A stretch of DNA of 64,000 nucleotides from positions 1,736,001-1,800,000 of the forward strand of contig JAYWIR010000035.1 of the NCBI GenBank assembly GCA_036172245.1. The letters are read 5' to 3'. The notes under the pieces are model-generated. The model searched no databases, was not told where the DNA came from, and worked only from the letters and a program-made list of their open reading frames with translations. Below are positions 40,601-51,699 of the stretch, one piece after another (the first letter of the stretch is position 1; the number at the start of each line of letters is the position of its first letter). The position numbers and the translations under genes are program-made. This DNA comes from Raillietiella orientalis. Its lineage: Eukaryota.

Positions 40601-41000
40601 CATTTCATTGGAACTTCAAAGGGAGGGACTACACGAAGTTCGTGAACAATCGTTCACGAAGATGAAGGACGAGATGAACTCGTAAGAAGAAGCAATCCAG
40701 TGGGACAATGCCAAGCTCACCGACTTCCATTTTCTGAGGCAGTATCTGGCATCCCTCGTAGCTGAACCATCCGTCAACCTCCCTGAATCTCCGATCAGAG
40801 GAGGTTCAAGAGTGACTCAAGAGTCACAGGAACATAATCTCTTGGGGAAGAGATCGATGGCGGGATTTACTTCCAGCAGGTGCATCTGTAAGCTGGGAGC
40901 AGGCACATGAGGACGCAGAGTGCGTTCTGGTCAACTGGTGAGAATCTCTCTCTCGAAAGCAATCGCATAATAAACGGTCCCTGAAATTCTTCGCAGCACT
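37700..41000 (+). mobile_element. Degenerate R4/Dong-like RLE non-LTR retrotransposon
   Basis: Ordered remnants: ERIRINLHPE (~39450, RT domain-6-like), AIQ....TTR (~40221), KCD...EKLRHIL (~40324, knuckle), DRRVCAQRPKNLL (~40534; ~DRxIxxNRPDI endonuclease motif). Boundaries approximate. Confidence 0.6.
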
Positions 41001-41389
41001 GATTCGGAGTGCCACAAATGCAAACCAAAGTTCAAGGCTTCTTGTGCCGCTTGTGTTGTCCGTTCGTTCGCTGTGGTCGAAAAACTTGCAGTCTCACTTG
41101 CAGGATATCATTCCAGAACGTTGCAACATCAAAATGTACAGCACGTGCAATCGTTCAGCTATGTTCCCGTCTCTTCGTCTAATTATAACCTAGCGATGCG
41201 TCCACAAATCCTCTATAGTCCAGTCCTACACGTGTTTGTACATTTTCGTGCAGCTCTGAGCACGAATTGCATGCATCACTGTATGGCTGGTCCTTCGTCG
41301 CTAACTGTGCTAGGAAGACTCTTCCTTTCCTAGGTGTTGCTCACTTTCTAGAAAACTGTTTGGATGTTTCTAAACTTCATGAATTGATA

Positions 41390-42230
41390 GGAAAAGAACT
41401 ATGCCGAATGTGAGAAGAACTCGTCATTCCTTCGATCTCTGTTTTCTCTCAAAGAACACAGGAGGCTTTCCCCCTCTGCGAGATCTACTTCCACCGCCAA
41501 AGGCGACTCTCTGCAAGGATGCGTACCGCGAGCTCTTGCGCTTTTTCTTCGAGCGAAGAGGCACCCGTGGTGTGCATCTATGGTGTTCCAAGGAACAGGC
41601 TGAATAGAGATCGCTCCAGAAAGGTTCCTTGAACAAGTATCAACTGTTTGGTGCTCTGTTCTGTGCATCGGTTTCCAAGCAGCGAGGAGATCTCGAACTG
41701 AGGAATGCTAGGGGACAGAAGTCTGAAGGCGTGTTCATGGGCTGCCTGGAGTGTTTCACGAGTTGTGATGGATGGGTGGTCGGCGAAACAAACCTCGGAT
41801 CAAAAAAAAGAAAAAAAGGCTGGGAAATCAAAAGGGGAAAAAAAGTGAATCAAAACTGGAACTTTTGGAACGGAAACACTGTAGAAGGATATTCAATCGA
41901 ACCCAGAAAACATTCGAAACCTAAAAACTGGACCATTCGACCTCAGGAACAAGGCTATTGGGACGATAATCAGAGTCGTGCGGGACGATCTTCGCCATCT
42001 TTCGAGAGTCAAGAAAAGCTGAGCTTTCTCAGGCTTTGCTTGGCGGGTGAAGTCAGCCCAAGTGGGGACATTAAGAAAGTCAGCCCAAGGGAACAAAATG
42101 AAATTATGGAGCCTCAAAGTTTTCTCAGAGTTAGAGTTGGGACACGTAAGGCTGCAAAGGGGTTGCCTATACAGTTGCAGGTGCGGTGCTTTACCTTGGA
42201 TGATACTTTCTTTTGGGGTCGATAGAGGGA
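41390..42230 (+). mobile_element. RLE-type retrotransposon C-terminal remnant
   Basis: LCRM*EE..H knuckle-like start at ~41400, LELGHVRLQRGCL near the end; heavily frameshifted. Confidence 0.35.
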
Positions 42231-42339
42231 AGCGCTGTACCGACCGATCAGCGAGAAGGTTAACACTTACTAATGCCGCGAGACGCCGACGTGTCTGTTA
42301 CGCATGAAAAACCACTGGTGGTTTTTCCACTAGGCAGTG

Positions 42340-43400
42340 GGCACTCACCTAACGCATGGGCACCGGTGTGCGGATCCGCTGACGCCGGTGGGGACCGTCT
42401 TTACAGCCTTTGGGAAGAGGTACACATGCTCGGAGTGGACCGCTTCTGCTCCTGCTGCTGAAGAGAGAGGGCTTGGCCTGCAGTACTGCAGAAGCGCTGA
42501 AGCTTCGAACGGGGAAACCGCGGCAAGGAAAGACGTTTCCCTGCCCTGGAGCGCTGGCATTACCACGTCGACGGGCCATTTTGATCCACGTGTCATGCGA
42601 GAGGTTTGGAGCTGCTAAAGGAAGGAAAAGACTCTTATCCCACGCTATGGGTGTACTCTGGAGACGAGACAATGTGATGGTATGTAGGCAGTAGGGCGCC
42701 ATGAAGGAATTGCAGACTGCCTCGCCATGGGATCGGATGCCTGGAGGCGCGTTGTAGGCCTGCCTTGCCAAACCATCTCGGTGAAAGCCTCCGGTGCTAG
42801 TACTGAGATGACCCAGAGCAGGGCTGACACTCGAGAATCCAGAGCTTCCTTCAGCACAGTCAGCGGTTGGATCCCCAAGCGAGCCATCTTGAGTCTTGTA
42901 TACCCGTATGTGCCCGTTCCTGCTGCCCTATGCTCCCCTATCCTCCTCCCTGTCTCCTCTTCCTCTTTCTATCGCTCCCTGAGAGGCAGTTCGGAGCGCC
43001 CGTAGGACGGTCACAGCGTCGAAGCAGCAAAGCATTCGGACCTTCGTCAAGAGGATTCAGAAAAGAGGATCCACCAGCAGTGGCTTCACCTGTTTCACGG
43101 TACCAGAGGTTGTGGAAGGTTCCTCCTCGGGGGTCATCGAGACCCCGTGGGTGGAGCATCCGCATGGCCATCGCTTCTCCCTCTCCACGATGCCCCGAGT
43201 GAGAACCATGCCTCTCCGGCTCGGGGGCAGCTACCCCTCCAGAGATGCTTGTGCTCGAACTGTGCAAATCCTCCGAAGGGACCTCATGATGGAGAGAGGA
43301 GTGCGTGGCGCAGACCGCGGAAACCACTGCCTTTCGAGACGAACAAAAAACCAAAACAAGGAGGGTGAGCGAAGGCTGCCATCTCTCGGGAAGGAGGAGT
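42340..43400 (-). mobile_element. Degenerate non-LTR reverse transcriptase fragment
   Basis: VRMLCCFDAVTVL at ~43003-43041 resembles the (L/C)YADD(V)xV catalytic motif; surrounding frames are broken. Confidence 0.5.
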
Positions 43401-45499
43401 ACTAAAGTGCCCCACGAGTTCGCTACACGGGGCCGTGGAGGGCGCATCTCGACTCTGAGGCCTCCAGTTTTAAGCGGTCGCCGATCGCTCGGGAGACAAG
43501 TTGCCGTTCTGGGAACTACGTCTCCCTCTCCCGCTCCGTTTGTGAGGCAGCCTCCTTCCTGCGTCCACTGGATCGTCCCCTTCGATTGCACGCTCCTGCT
43601 GCTGGACCCCTCCAGAACTGCCAAGACGTGCGTATCCTGCAGGTATCTCCTCTGTGCTCCCGACATCTTCCTCCCAAAGAGAATCTGGGAGGATTCCCCC
43701 ATCTGTGTCCGCCGCTCACTCCCTGAAGAGGGCGGGCGGGAATGCGCAACACCTCGACCCTCTCTTGCGACGCGCAGCGCGTGCGGGTTTCCCCACCCCT
43801 TCGGCGGTCCTGCGGGGGTGGGTAAGGAGCAGAGGAGCGATCCTCCCTGTCGAGTGACGACTTGGAACGGGAGAAGAGGGAACAGGGGAGGCAAGCGAAT
43901 CTCATCGCTTCTTGGGACCCAGCTCGATCGAGAACACGCCCTGAGGCTTTTTTTCTCCCGTGCGATCGTCGGAGGCTGCAGGGAATAAAAGCATCCCGGA
44001 GCTTCCTCCCGTCGCGCCACCCAGGAGACGGACGCCGCTGTCGGCAGGATCACTGGCGCGATATCACCCGTAGGCGGGACCAGTCACGCGAAAGACGCCG
44101 CGCGCAAGACTCGGCCCTGCTAGCGCGCGTCCTCATGGGTTCCGATTCTCGTAACCGAATAAGGTGGGGGGCATGGATGGAGATTGACTTCCCAGGAGTA
44201 GTAGCCATCTTCCAGGACGCCGAGCACGTTCGGGGCCCCAACGAAAAACCAGGGAAGCCTCGGAGCACCGGGAAAACTTGCGGGGTGAGCATGCGCGCCG
44301 CCGGTAGCGAGATCTGCGCCCCCGTTGCAGCAGGAAGCGCGCTCAGACCGGACGGCTGATTCGTGGCATTCCGGCGGGAGGCTGGGGGCCAGGTTCGCTC
44401 CGAGGCAGAAGCAGGGCGGATGCCTGTCAGCTCGCAGAGCCACCGCCAGGGGCGGGCAGGGAGGGGCGACGACGGAAGGACGGGGGCGTAGAGTGGGCGA
44501 GCTCACCCCTCGCCTGGAAGGGGGAGTGCGCATCAGCGGGGGAGGGCGCGTGCAAGCCCAACGGCAGGGACCGGTTCCGCGCGACCTCGGCCTGCGGCCT
44601 CCATTGAACGCGCCGCGATCGCGGGCAGGTCGCTGCCGTGAGCCGAGCATCCCGCCCCCCGGACTGCGCTCCCGCGCTGCGACAAACTCTCCGGTGCCTC
44701 CGGGAGGAGGAGCGCTCTTGAGCGCGCGCGACAGTCCTCGGGTCACTTGGATGCCTTCAGGGTATCCGAGAAGTCCGCACTGTGGACACTTCCTCCAGGA
44801 CGGGCCCTCTCTCAGCAGCTACGTGTGCAGAGCAGCGGCTCGGAGCACCCGCAGGCGCGTCCTCCTCCCATCCCCCTCCACCCCCGAGAGGGAAGAATGC
44901 GATCCCGTCAGGAACAGGAAACGGGAGTGGGGAGTGAGGCGGCGCCCCCGCGTGTGAAACGAGCTGCTTGGGAAGGAGCCGCGATCGCTTCCCCGCCCCC
45001 TGTTTATATCTTTCGCTCGTTGTCCGCTGCCCTCTCTGGACGCGGCAGCGGCTAACCGGCGCGTCCGTGCCTCGCCGGGAGTCAGGTTTGTGGTTCCTCC
45101 GCTTGTCTGCTTTCGGAAGAGGAGAGACACACCGGGGGTGAGGGGGGTAGTGGGAAATCTCAGTCAGCGTCTTCCCGCGCCATCGAACCCCCGAACGCCT
45201 CAGGAAATCACCCAAGTCGCCCAACTGCCCATTTCAACCCCCGATTCATCCCTCCTCTCACCCCCATCCCATGCATCCCCCGAGTAAATACCGCGTGAGT
45301 GAAAGCGCTAGCCCCACTTACTGACCCCACTTTCCCGATACAGGTGCAACTGCCCGTTTGCCTGCTTACGTACGCTCTCAGAAAAATGTAGGGACCTAGC
45401 TTTCCTGCTACGCGTGCACTCATCATCCCCGTCGCCTGGCAACTCCTCATCGCCTCCCGCAAGCTGCACGGAACCCACCGTTCGTCGATTCCTCACGCC

Positions 45500-46880
45500 A
45501 TCGCGCGCACTGCCCGAGGCTTCCCGCTGCGCGCCCCAGCACTCCCGAAGAAGCCAGCATCTCCTGAAGCAGCTGCTGCGTCATCACCAGCACGGTCCAG
45601 CATCCTTCAGGACTCTCCACCCTTCCGCGCTGAAAGAGTTCCCCTTCAGCCGAAGACATGGGGGTCGCGCGCCCGCCTATGCTCCTCCCTTCGGAGGGTC
45701 GGCCTACGAGGAAAGCCCCCCAACTGCCACTCCTCTTGGTCCCCGGGTTAGCCACAGAATGGGGGACTGTGCTGCTCACCCACATCCGCAGATTCCGGTG
45801 GGGTTCGCCCCTCCCACCGGGACCAGGCCTCCCATCGCCAGCTGCTTGGAAGTTACCGGCCCAGGCCGGCCGAGCAGCGTGAGACGGGCGGGTGCCCCGC
45901 CACCACCCAATCCCTGCACAGCACTCCGGGCCATCCGGTTTCCGCCCGCTGCCTCACTCGATGCCGATTGCCCGGTAGAGGCGCCGCCGGCGTTATGCGA
46001 AGCTCCTGCTTCGGGGCGCCGTCCACTCATGGAGCAGCCTTGGCTGGTCACCCGCTGATGGGCGAGGTCACGACGTGGAAGATCATGCCTTCTGCTTCCG
46101 AAGATTCTCGAATCGGCAGCCACGCTGCCACCGCTCACCAAGGCTACCTACCACTCCGAACGCCTCCCGAGGGTTCACCTCACACCTCTTCGACCTTCGA
46201 GCCGCGGCCTGCTGCTTCTGCACTGGGGTCTCCCGCGCGACGCCCGCCGGCATCACTGGACGCGGGGATGTGAGGACCCGAAGTGCCAGGAGCGGGGAGA
46301 GTGAATTCCTCTCCACCTGCTAGTGAATTGTGTTGCTTTCTGGCCCTCTGGGAACGCTTTGCCGCGACCCTAGGAATCCCCGGTGGCAATTCAGGGGACG
46401 CTCTCAAAACCCTCTTCATCCACGACGCCCTTCGGCCAGCAGCCTCGCTAGCATCCCTGTGCTGCCTACATGGGAGCCTCGCTGGATCGAGCGACGCTGA
46501 ACGAGGACACAGCTACAGGGGTACCACATCCACTTCGCCGTCAGCTTCATCAGAATGGCAACCCAACCTGGACAGGGTTACCTTGGCGGCATCCTACAGA
46601 GAATGCACAGGACTGCCACCAGCAAAAAGTGATCCCTTCCCTCATCCCCCTCCCCAAAGCATATTTGTTTTTATTTTTGTTTCTTTTTTCTTTTGCCCCC
46701 TCCCCTCTGCTGCGGTAGTGGATCTCACAGGTCTGTGCACCGGTAACCCGGCAGGCTCGCAACAAAAAGCGCGTGGATGGACCCTCGGCCCACCCACAGT
46801 TCCCTGATGACGCTTATTTTTTCTTGAATAAACGCCTCGGCGTGCCCGGGTGAGAATCGAGATGCGACCTCACAGAGAAA
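45500..46880 (+). mobile_element. L1/Tx1-like LINE, degenerate 3' portion (copy B)
   Basis: LLLLHWGLPRDARRHHWTRGCEDPKC...HLLVNCVAFWP...DALKTLFIHDALRPAASLASLCCLHG; GTGATCCCTTCCCT at ~46629; AATAAACGCCTCGGCGTGCCCGGGTG at ~46827. 5' boundary uncertain. Confidence 0.75.
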
Positions 46881-48436
46881 CGACCCGTTGACCAGCACCG
46901 CTTCAGTCCCATGGGTGCCCCGAAGCAGAGCCTTCGCGCAACCCCGGCGGTGCCTCTACCGAGCAACCGGCGTCCAGTGGAGCAGCGGGAGGAAACCGGA
47001 TGACCCAAGGTGCTGTGTTGCGAGGGCGTTCGATATCTCTCGCTTTACCATGACCTCGACAGACGTGATTTTTTTTCCCCTCCCTCTGCCCCCTCCCCTG
47101 CTACGCCAAATCGAAACGAAGCTGGAAGATGGTGGATCGGACAATGACGACCTCCTAGTCATCCGTAGCAATGCGGAGGGCGGAGCCGGCTGCAGCTGAG
47201 GATTCTCCTTCGGGAGAAGCCGGAAGGATTCCAGCTGAATTGAGGGTGGAGAGTGGGGAGGGGGGATGAGACCGCCCAGCGTGCGCCATCGCACACTTCT
47301 GCACCATCCTGCGCGCCTCCGCGAGCGCTCTGCGCTGTTCGTCAGCGCGGAGGTCGCGCGCGACAGCCTCAGAGATCTGCCGCTGACTGCCACGTCTGTT
47401 TCTTCAGGGTGGTCGCCGCGCAGCCGACACCCTAGCGGCAGTGAGCGCCACTAGTCGCTGCAGAGGCCTTGCCGTACCAGAGGGACCTTCCCGCCGACCA
47501 CCCCTGCCGGCCCGGCACGAGCTGCCCCTCCTCGAGGGAGCGAAGCGGCGATCGGAGCTGAGCCACAGACCGCCTTATCCTCGACATGGGAGACCCGAGG
47601 TGGCAGCCAGTCCGAGAAAGAGGAGGAGGAGGAGGTGATCCCGACCGGGATTACCTCCTCCCCGCCTGTGGAATCGCCGCAGAAGCGGACGAAGTCCCTC
47701 GAGACCCGAGGAGACTCCGGCGCCCACACACATCTTCCCGGAAGCGGCTCAACCCCGACGCAGCTTCCGCGGGGTGGCCTCCACACCTCCTTCACTTTCT
47801 TCCTGCTGTTGTTTTTTTTTTCCCGTGGGAAAGCGCTGGCGAGGGGAGAGAAGGAGGAGAAGGAGGCGCTATACTCCTCAACCCTCCCGTTCCACACGCG
47901 CGCGTCTCGCGCGGACGCAAACACGCTGGTGGCGGTCGGCTCGTGTCGAGCCGCTCGGCGGAGGTCGGCGAACCTGCTCTCCCCCCTTCTCGGTAGGGTC
48001 CCCACTCCCCTTCCTCTCTCCTTCTCCGCCTCGTTTCCTGGGCGGCGGGCGCGTCTGCTCCGGGCCTCGGTGCCGTCATCCCGGTTCCTCCTGCGCCACC
48101 CGCTCTCAGGAGGTCAACGGACGGAACCCACCAGAAAACCTGGGGGCCTCAGCCGCTGGAGATTCCTGTGCGAATCCATGGGGAAAGATGAGTCGTCCGT
48201 CTCCCTCCCGCCCTACCCTCACCCCTTTATCGTTCCCTCGCCATGCGAGAATGCTGCCTCCTCGCTCCGTCGCACGTGGGGCTGGGGATGGAGTGAGAGA
48301 GGAAAGATCGGAGCCCAGAGTAGCGAGCGCGCCAAGGCAACTGGGCCAAGTCGACAGCTGAATATCAATATTACCTCTCAGACAAATTACATCACTCATC
48401 TAGTTTATTCTTCATCATATTCCCTCTCTAAATTCA

Positions 48437-48492
48437 GCCTTATTAGTTTAATTAAAACATTGATTTTGTAAATCGAAAATAAATTAAAGGCA
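48437..48492 (+). tRNA. trnT: Mitochondrial-type tRNA-Thr(TGT), T-armless (NUMT pseudogene)
   Basis: GCCTTAT TA GTTTAATTAAAAC A TTGAT TTTGTAA ATCGA AAATAAAT TAAAGGC A; anticodon TGT at 48467-48469; no T-arm. Confidence 0.82.
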
Positions 48493-48504
48493 ATTAATAT
48501 ATCA

Positions 48505-48558
48505 TCAAGAAATAATCCTTTAGTACCCAAAATTAATATTCTCATAAACTAATCCTTG
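48505..48558 (-). tRNA. trnP: Mitochondrial-type tRNA-Pro(TGG), T-armless (NUMT pseudogene)
   Basis: Reverse complement reads CAAGGAT TA GTTT ATGA GAAT A TTAAT TTTGGGT ACTAA AGGATTA TTTCTTG A: acceptor stem, D-arm, anticodon loop with TGG, and a ~7-nt TV-replacement loop. Confidence 0.82.
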
Positions 48559-48690
48559 CTATCTCACACACCCATTCTCACTATTACTACTCCCTTTCCC
48601 CATAATAAAAAATAAAGTACACGATACAATAAAATATCTCAACACATATATATCAACTTATCATAACGATAACGAGGCAACACCCTGGCA
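48559..48690 (-). pseudogene. nad1: Mitochondrial NADH dehydrogenase subunit 1 C-terminal fragment (NUMT)
   Basis: Invertebrate mitochondrial code gives VLPRYRYDKLMYMCWDILLYRVLYFLLW..., matching the ND1 signature PR(F/Y)RYD(K/Q)LM..W. The conserved W is encoded by TGA. Confidence 0.88.
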
Positions 48691-51600
48691 ATACGGCGCA
48701 TCACGATGTGTCCGGGAGCGGTATCCACGGAAACCAGACGCGAGGACGGAACCGGCGAGCGAAGGGGGCTGCAGCGCAGGAATTGCGAGTTTTGTGGTCT
48801 CCCCTCCTTTCCATTGCTAAGGAAGCTGCATCCCGTCCGCACCCGAGAGCTGGATGTTCCTGCGGACGCGAAAGGGACGGTGGAAGGGGTGGGTCGGGGA
48901 GGAAAATGAAGTTCCCGCCAACCGCGTCGAGAGGGGAGAGAGCGGGAAGCAGGGAGGCGCTCACACGGGGTTTCTCCCCGCTGATCCCCCTCAGCGAGCC
49001 GGACTCCCCCCCACCCCACCCCACGAGGTCGCCCCCTCCCGAGGAAACCGCAGGTAAGCGTTCCCATCCCGCTCTCCCTGAAAGAAGGGAATTCGCTTCC
49101 ACGACGTCCTCCTCTGAGATGCAGAGTCGCCGTTCCCGACCCTGCTGCCTTCGAGGGTCACTTCGGGGAGGGCAGCGACCTCTCCCCTCAGCACTCTACG
49201 CAGCTCCCAGAAGGCACCCCCATCTCTGCGGTCACCGAGGAACCCCGTTCTCCCGTCCTGCCCTCCCCGCGCAGGTCCGTTCGCCTCGCCCGCCGCTTCC
49301 GGTCGCGGTTCCCCTTCCTCCGATGCCGCCAGCGCGCCCTCACCGTGGGAGGATTTCCCGCCGCAGACTGACCCTGACCAGCCCTCCCGAACGCCGCGGC
49401 GGAAACTTTCCGCCGGAGGACTCCCCACCTTCCGAAGATGTGCCAGGTTGGGCTGGTGTGAGGTGGTGGCATGGGTTAGGCGAAGCAGGTCAGGTCATAG
49501 GGGTCACTGACGGACATCAGGGCGGGTGGACCCATCCGCTGATTCTGGCGAAAGGTTCACACTGACACCATGGTCTCCTGAGGGTGCTACCAGACCAGGG
49601 CAGCAAAAAGAGGTCCAGAACCCTCCTGCCAGGAACCGCGCGCTCGTGCAGCTTCACTTTCCTTAGCAGCAGCAACAGATGCGGAGCCTTTCGCCACGGG
49701 GAATGCGCCCAGCAGGACGCTGCCCGGCCAGCTTCCGAAATCGTCCGGCCGTCTCCTTTTCCTGGATCCCCGGGTGGTGGTGCCTGGAGGATCTGCAAGA
49801 CGAAATGAGCCTCCTCCTATCGGAGAAGTCGTGGAATGACCTCCTTTCCTCCTCGAAGCTTCTCTTCCGACGAGAATCCTTCCTTCATCTTTTGGTGCTA
49901 ATCAGCAATGGACGCGCAGAGGCACCCCGTGGGAGGAGTCTCTGGTGGAGGTGACTCGGTTCGGGGGTCCAACTGCCGTGCTGTTCCTCCGCCAGCTGGC
50001 ATGCAGACTTCCGGATGGCCATCCACTCGCCCGCTGTTTCCAAGCCCGTGACCATTTTCCGGCTCCGAGAGGTTATCACGAAAGGGCGCTCCAGGATTTT
50101 CGGCAACAAGAACAAGACACTCCGAGGCTCCTTGCACGGCAACCAGGAAGAGACGGACGGGTACGCCCTTCGCGATCCTGCATAGCAGAGGGCGGGATCG
50201 GAAGGCGGCGCGTATCCCACGGACCTGGGAATGCGCCTCCGGAAAGGAACTTCGGGGTGCTTGCCAGCCATGGAACGGACTGCTTTGGACGGAGGTCCTG
50301 TTGCTGCTGGATCTTGAAGCAGTAGCCTACGCATTCTCCTCCTCCTTTCCTACTCCCCCTCTTTTCCTCCTTCCCGAATCCCGGGGGTCGTTCGTTTCAA
50401 CTTCCACCGCCGAACGCCAGACGTCTTCTGGGAGAATTTTTCTTCCTGGTTCCAAGGTCGTGAGTGCAGGATGGCGTTCCCGCTGAGTTCTTGGGCCCTC
50501 ATTCCTGCGTGGGGGAAGTGTCGAAACGCGCGCGCGTGCCGAGAGCAGTGTGACGTGTGCTGTCCGAAGTGCCCCCGACCTCAATCCCATGCGGCACGTC
50601 GCAGAGGGAAAGGCAATCGAGAGTTTCCGACATGGTGCGAAGGACCGCTCTTTTCTTCCTCTCTCATCGGCCCAGCGATGCTCGTGACTGATCGATTCCA
50701 ACGCCACTTGTCCGCGAGGGATGCAGCAGCGCTCTCGAAAAGACACGTCTCGGAAAAACCCTCGCACCGGAAGAGATTTCGAGAGTCCGTCTCGAGGACT
50801 TGAGGGATCCGGCGCTGAAGTCCGGCTTTCGTGCCAAATCCTCCCTCAGATGGAGTAGCAACGAGACCTTCGAATTCTCCGTTTTCGAAAGGCAAGACAA
50901 GAGCACGACCTCGAGTCGGGAAAGAGGCGAGGAGGCGGGGAAGGAGGAGAACTAGAAAGCTCCTTGCTGCCCCCTGCCGCCAGAAAGCTTGCATTCTTGA
51001 GCTGAACTGCTATTCACTCCTCTGCTGCTCTCCTACTGCTATCCAAACCGCTCTGGAACTATCCTCAGACTCCCTCCGCTGCATGGTCATCTGTTATGCC
51101 TCTGCGTCCCCGCTCAACCTCCGAGACAAGGCAGCGTCCACTCCGCTGCCCTGTCCCTCTAAAGGGACAGCCCGCCTCTCGACGGGATTCGTAATGGTCT
51201 CTGAGCTGTTCTACCTTTCTAGGGCACAAAAGAAGGAGAGGTTAACCGAAAGACAATGAGCAGCCCAGGTCGTTGGGGCAATCGATAATCAGCGCCTGCT
51301 CAAACACTCATCAACACCTCTGGGACGCCCTCGTCGGCAGCAAGTGCCCCTTCAGGCTTCATTGTGCGATCGGGCACGTTCTCATCATTCCATCCATCTT
51401 GGCGATCAAAGTCGCAGGAGGTTCAACCGCACTCGGTACGCGCGGCAATCGAAAATCAGGAAACTGGTCCGGATGCTGCGCGAAAACTCGGAACACCGTG
51501 TCGTGCAGGTTATTTATGGCTCCCTCAAGATCGAGTGCCGCGGATAATTAGCAGCAACACTTTCTCCGCGGAGAGTCCGTCTTTATTGCGTAAGACGAGG

Positions 51601-51699
51601 AGGAGGAGGAGGAGATGGAACATAGACTAGATGTGGCCGAGAGAGGCGCTGGGAATCTGCCGGGAGAGTTCGTCGCTCCGCTCGGAGCTGCCTTGAGAG

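Larger units (their letters stand above)
48361..48690. other. NUMT (nuclear insertion of mitochondrial DNA): nad1 3' end (-), trnP (-), trnT (+), possible start of the next minus-strand gene
   Basis: Abrupt AT-rich, A/C-skewed island inside GC-rich retroelement sequence, containing two mitochondrial-type tRNAs and an ND1 C-terminal motif that reads through only in mitochondrial code. Confidence 0.9.

Noticed and set aside
42050..42090. Short direct repeats (AAGTCAGCCCAAG x2; also ACTCAATTTAAGG x2 at ~30371-30398) as CRISPR-like or TSD features
   Set aside because: Only two copies with a very short spacer in eukaryotic DNA; most simply local slippage duplications.
42938..44053. 371-aa minus-strand ORF and other long Arg/Pro/Ser/Gly-rich ORFs (e.g. 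48708-49565, 47635-48471, 61851-62672, 5553-6311) as host genes
   Set aside because: Low-complexity GC-driven composition, overlapping ORFs on both strands and no recognisable domain; the nearby real motifs lie in other, broken frames.
46803..46830. CTGATGA as a hammerhead ribozyme core (also ~9501, ~52633, 56941)
   Set aside because: No correctly placed GAAA or stems I-III could be identified.
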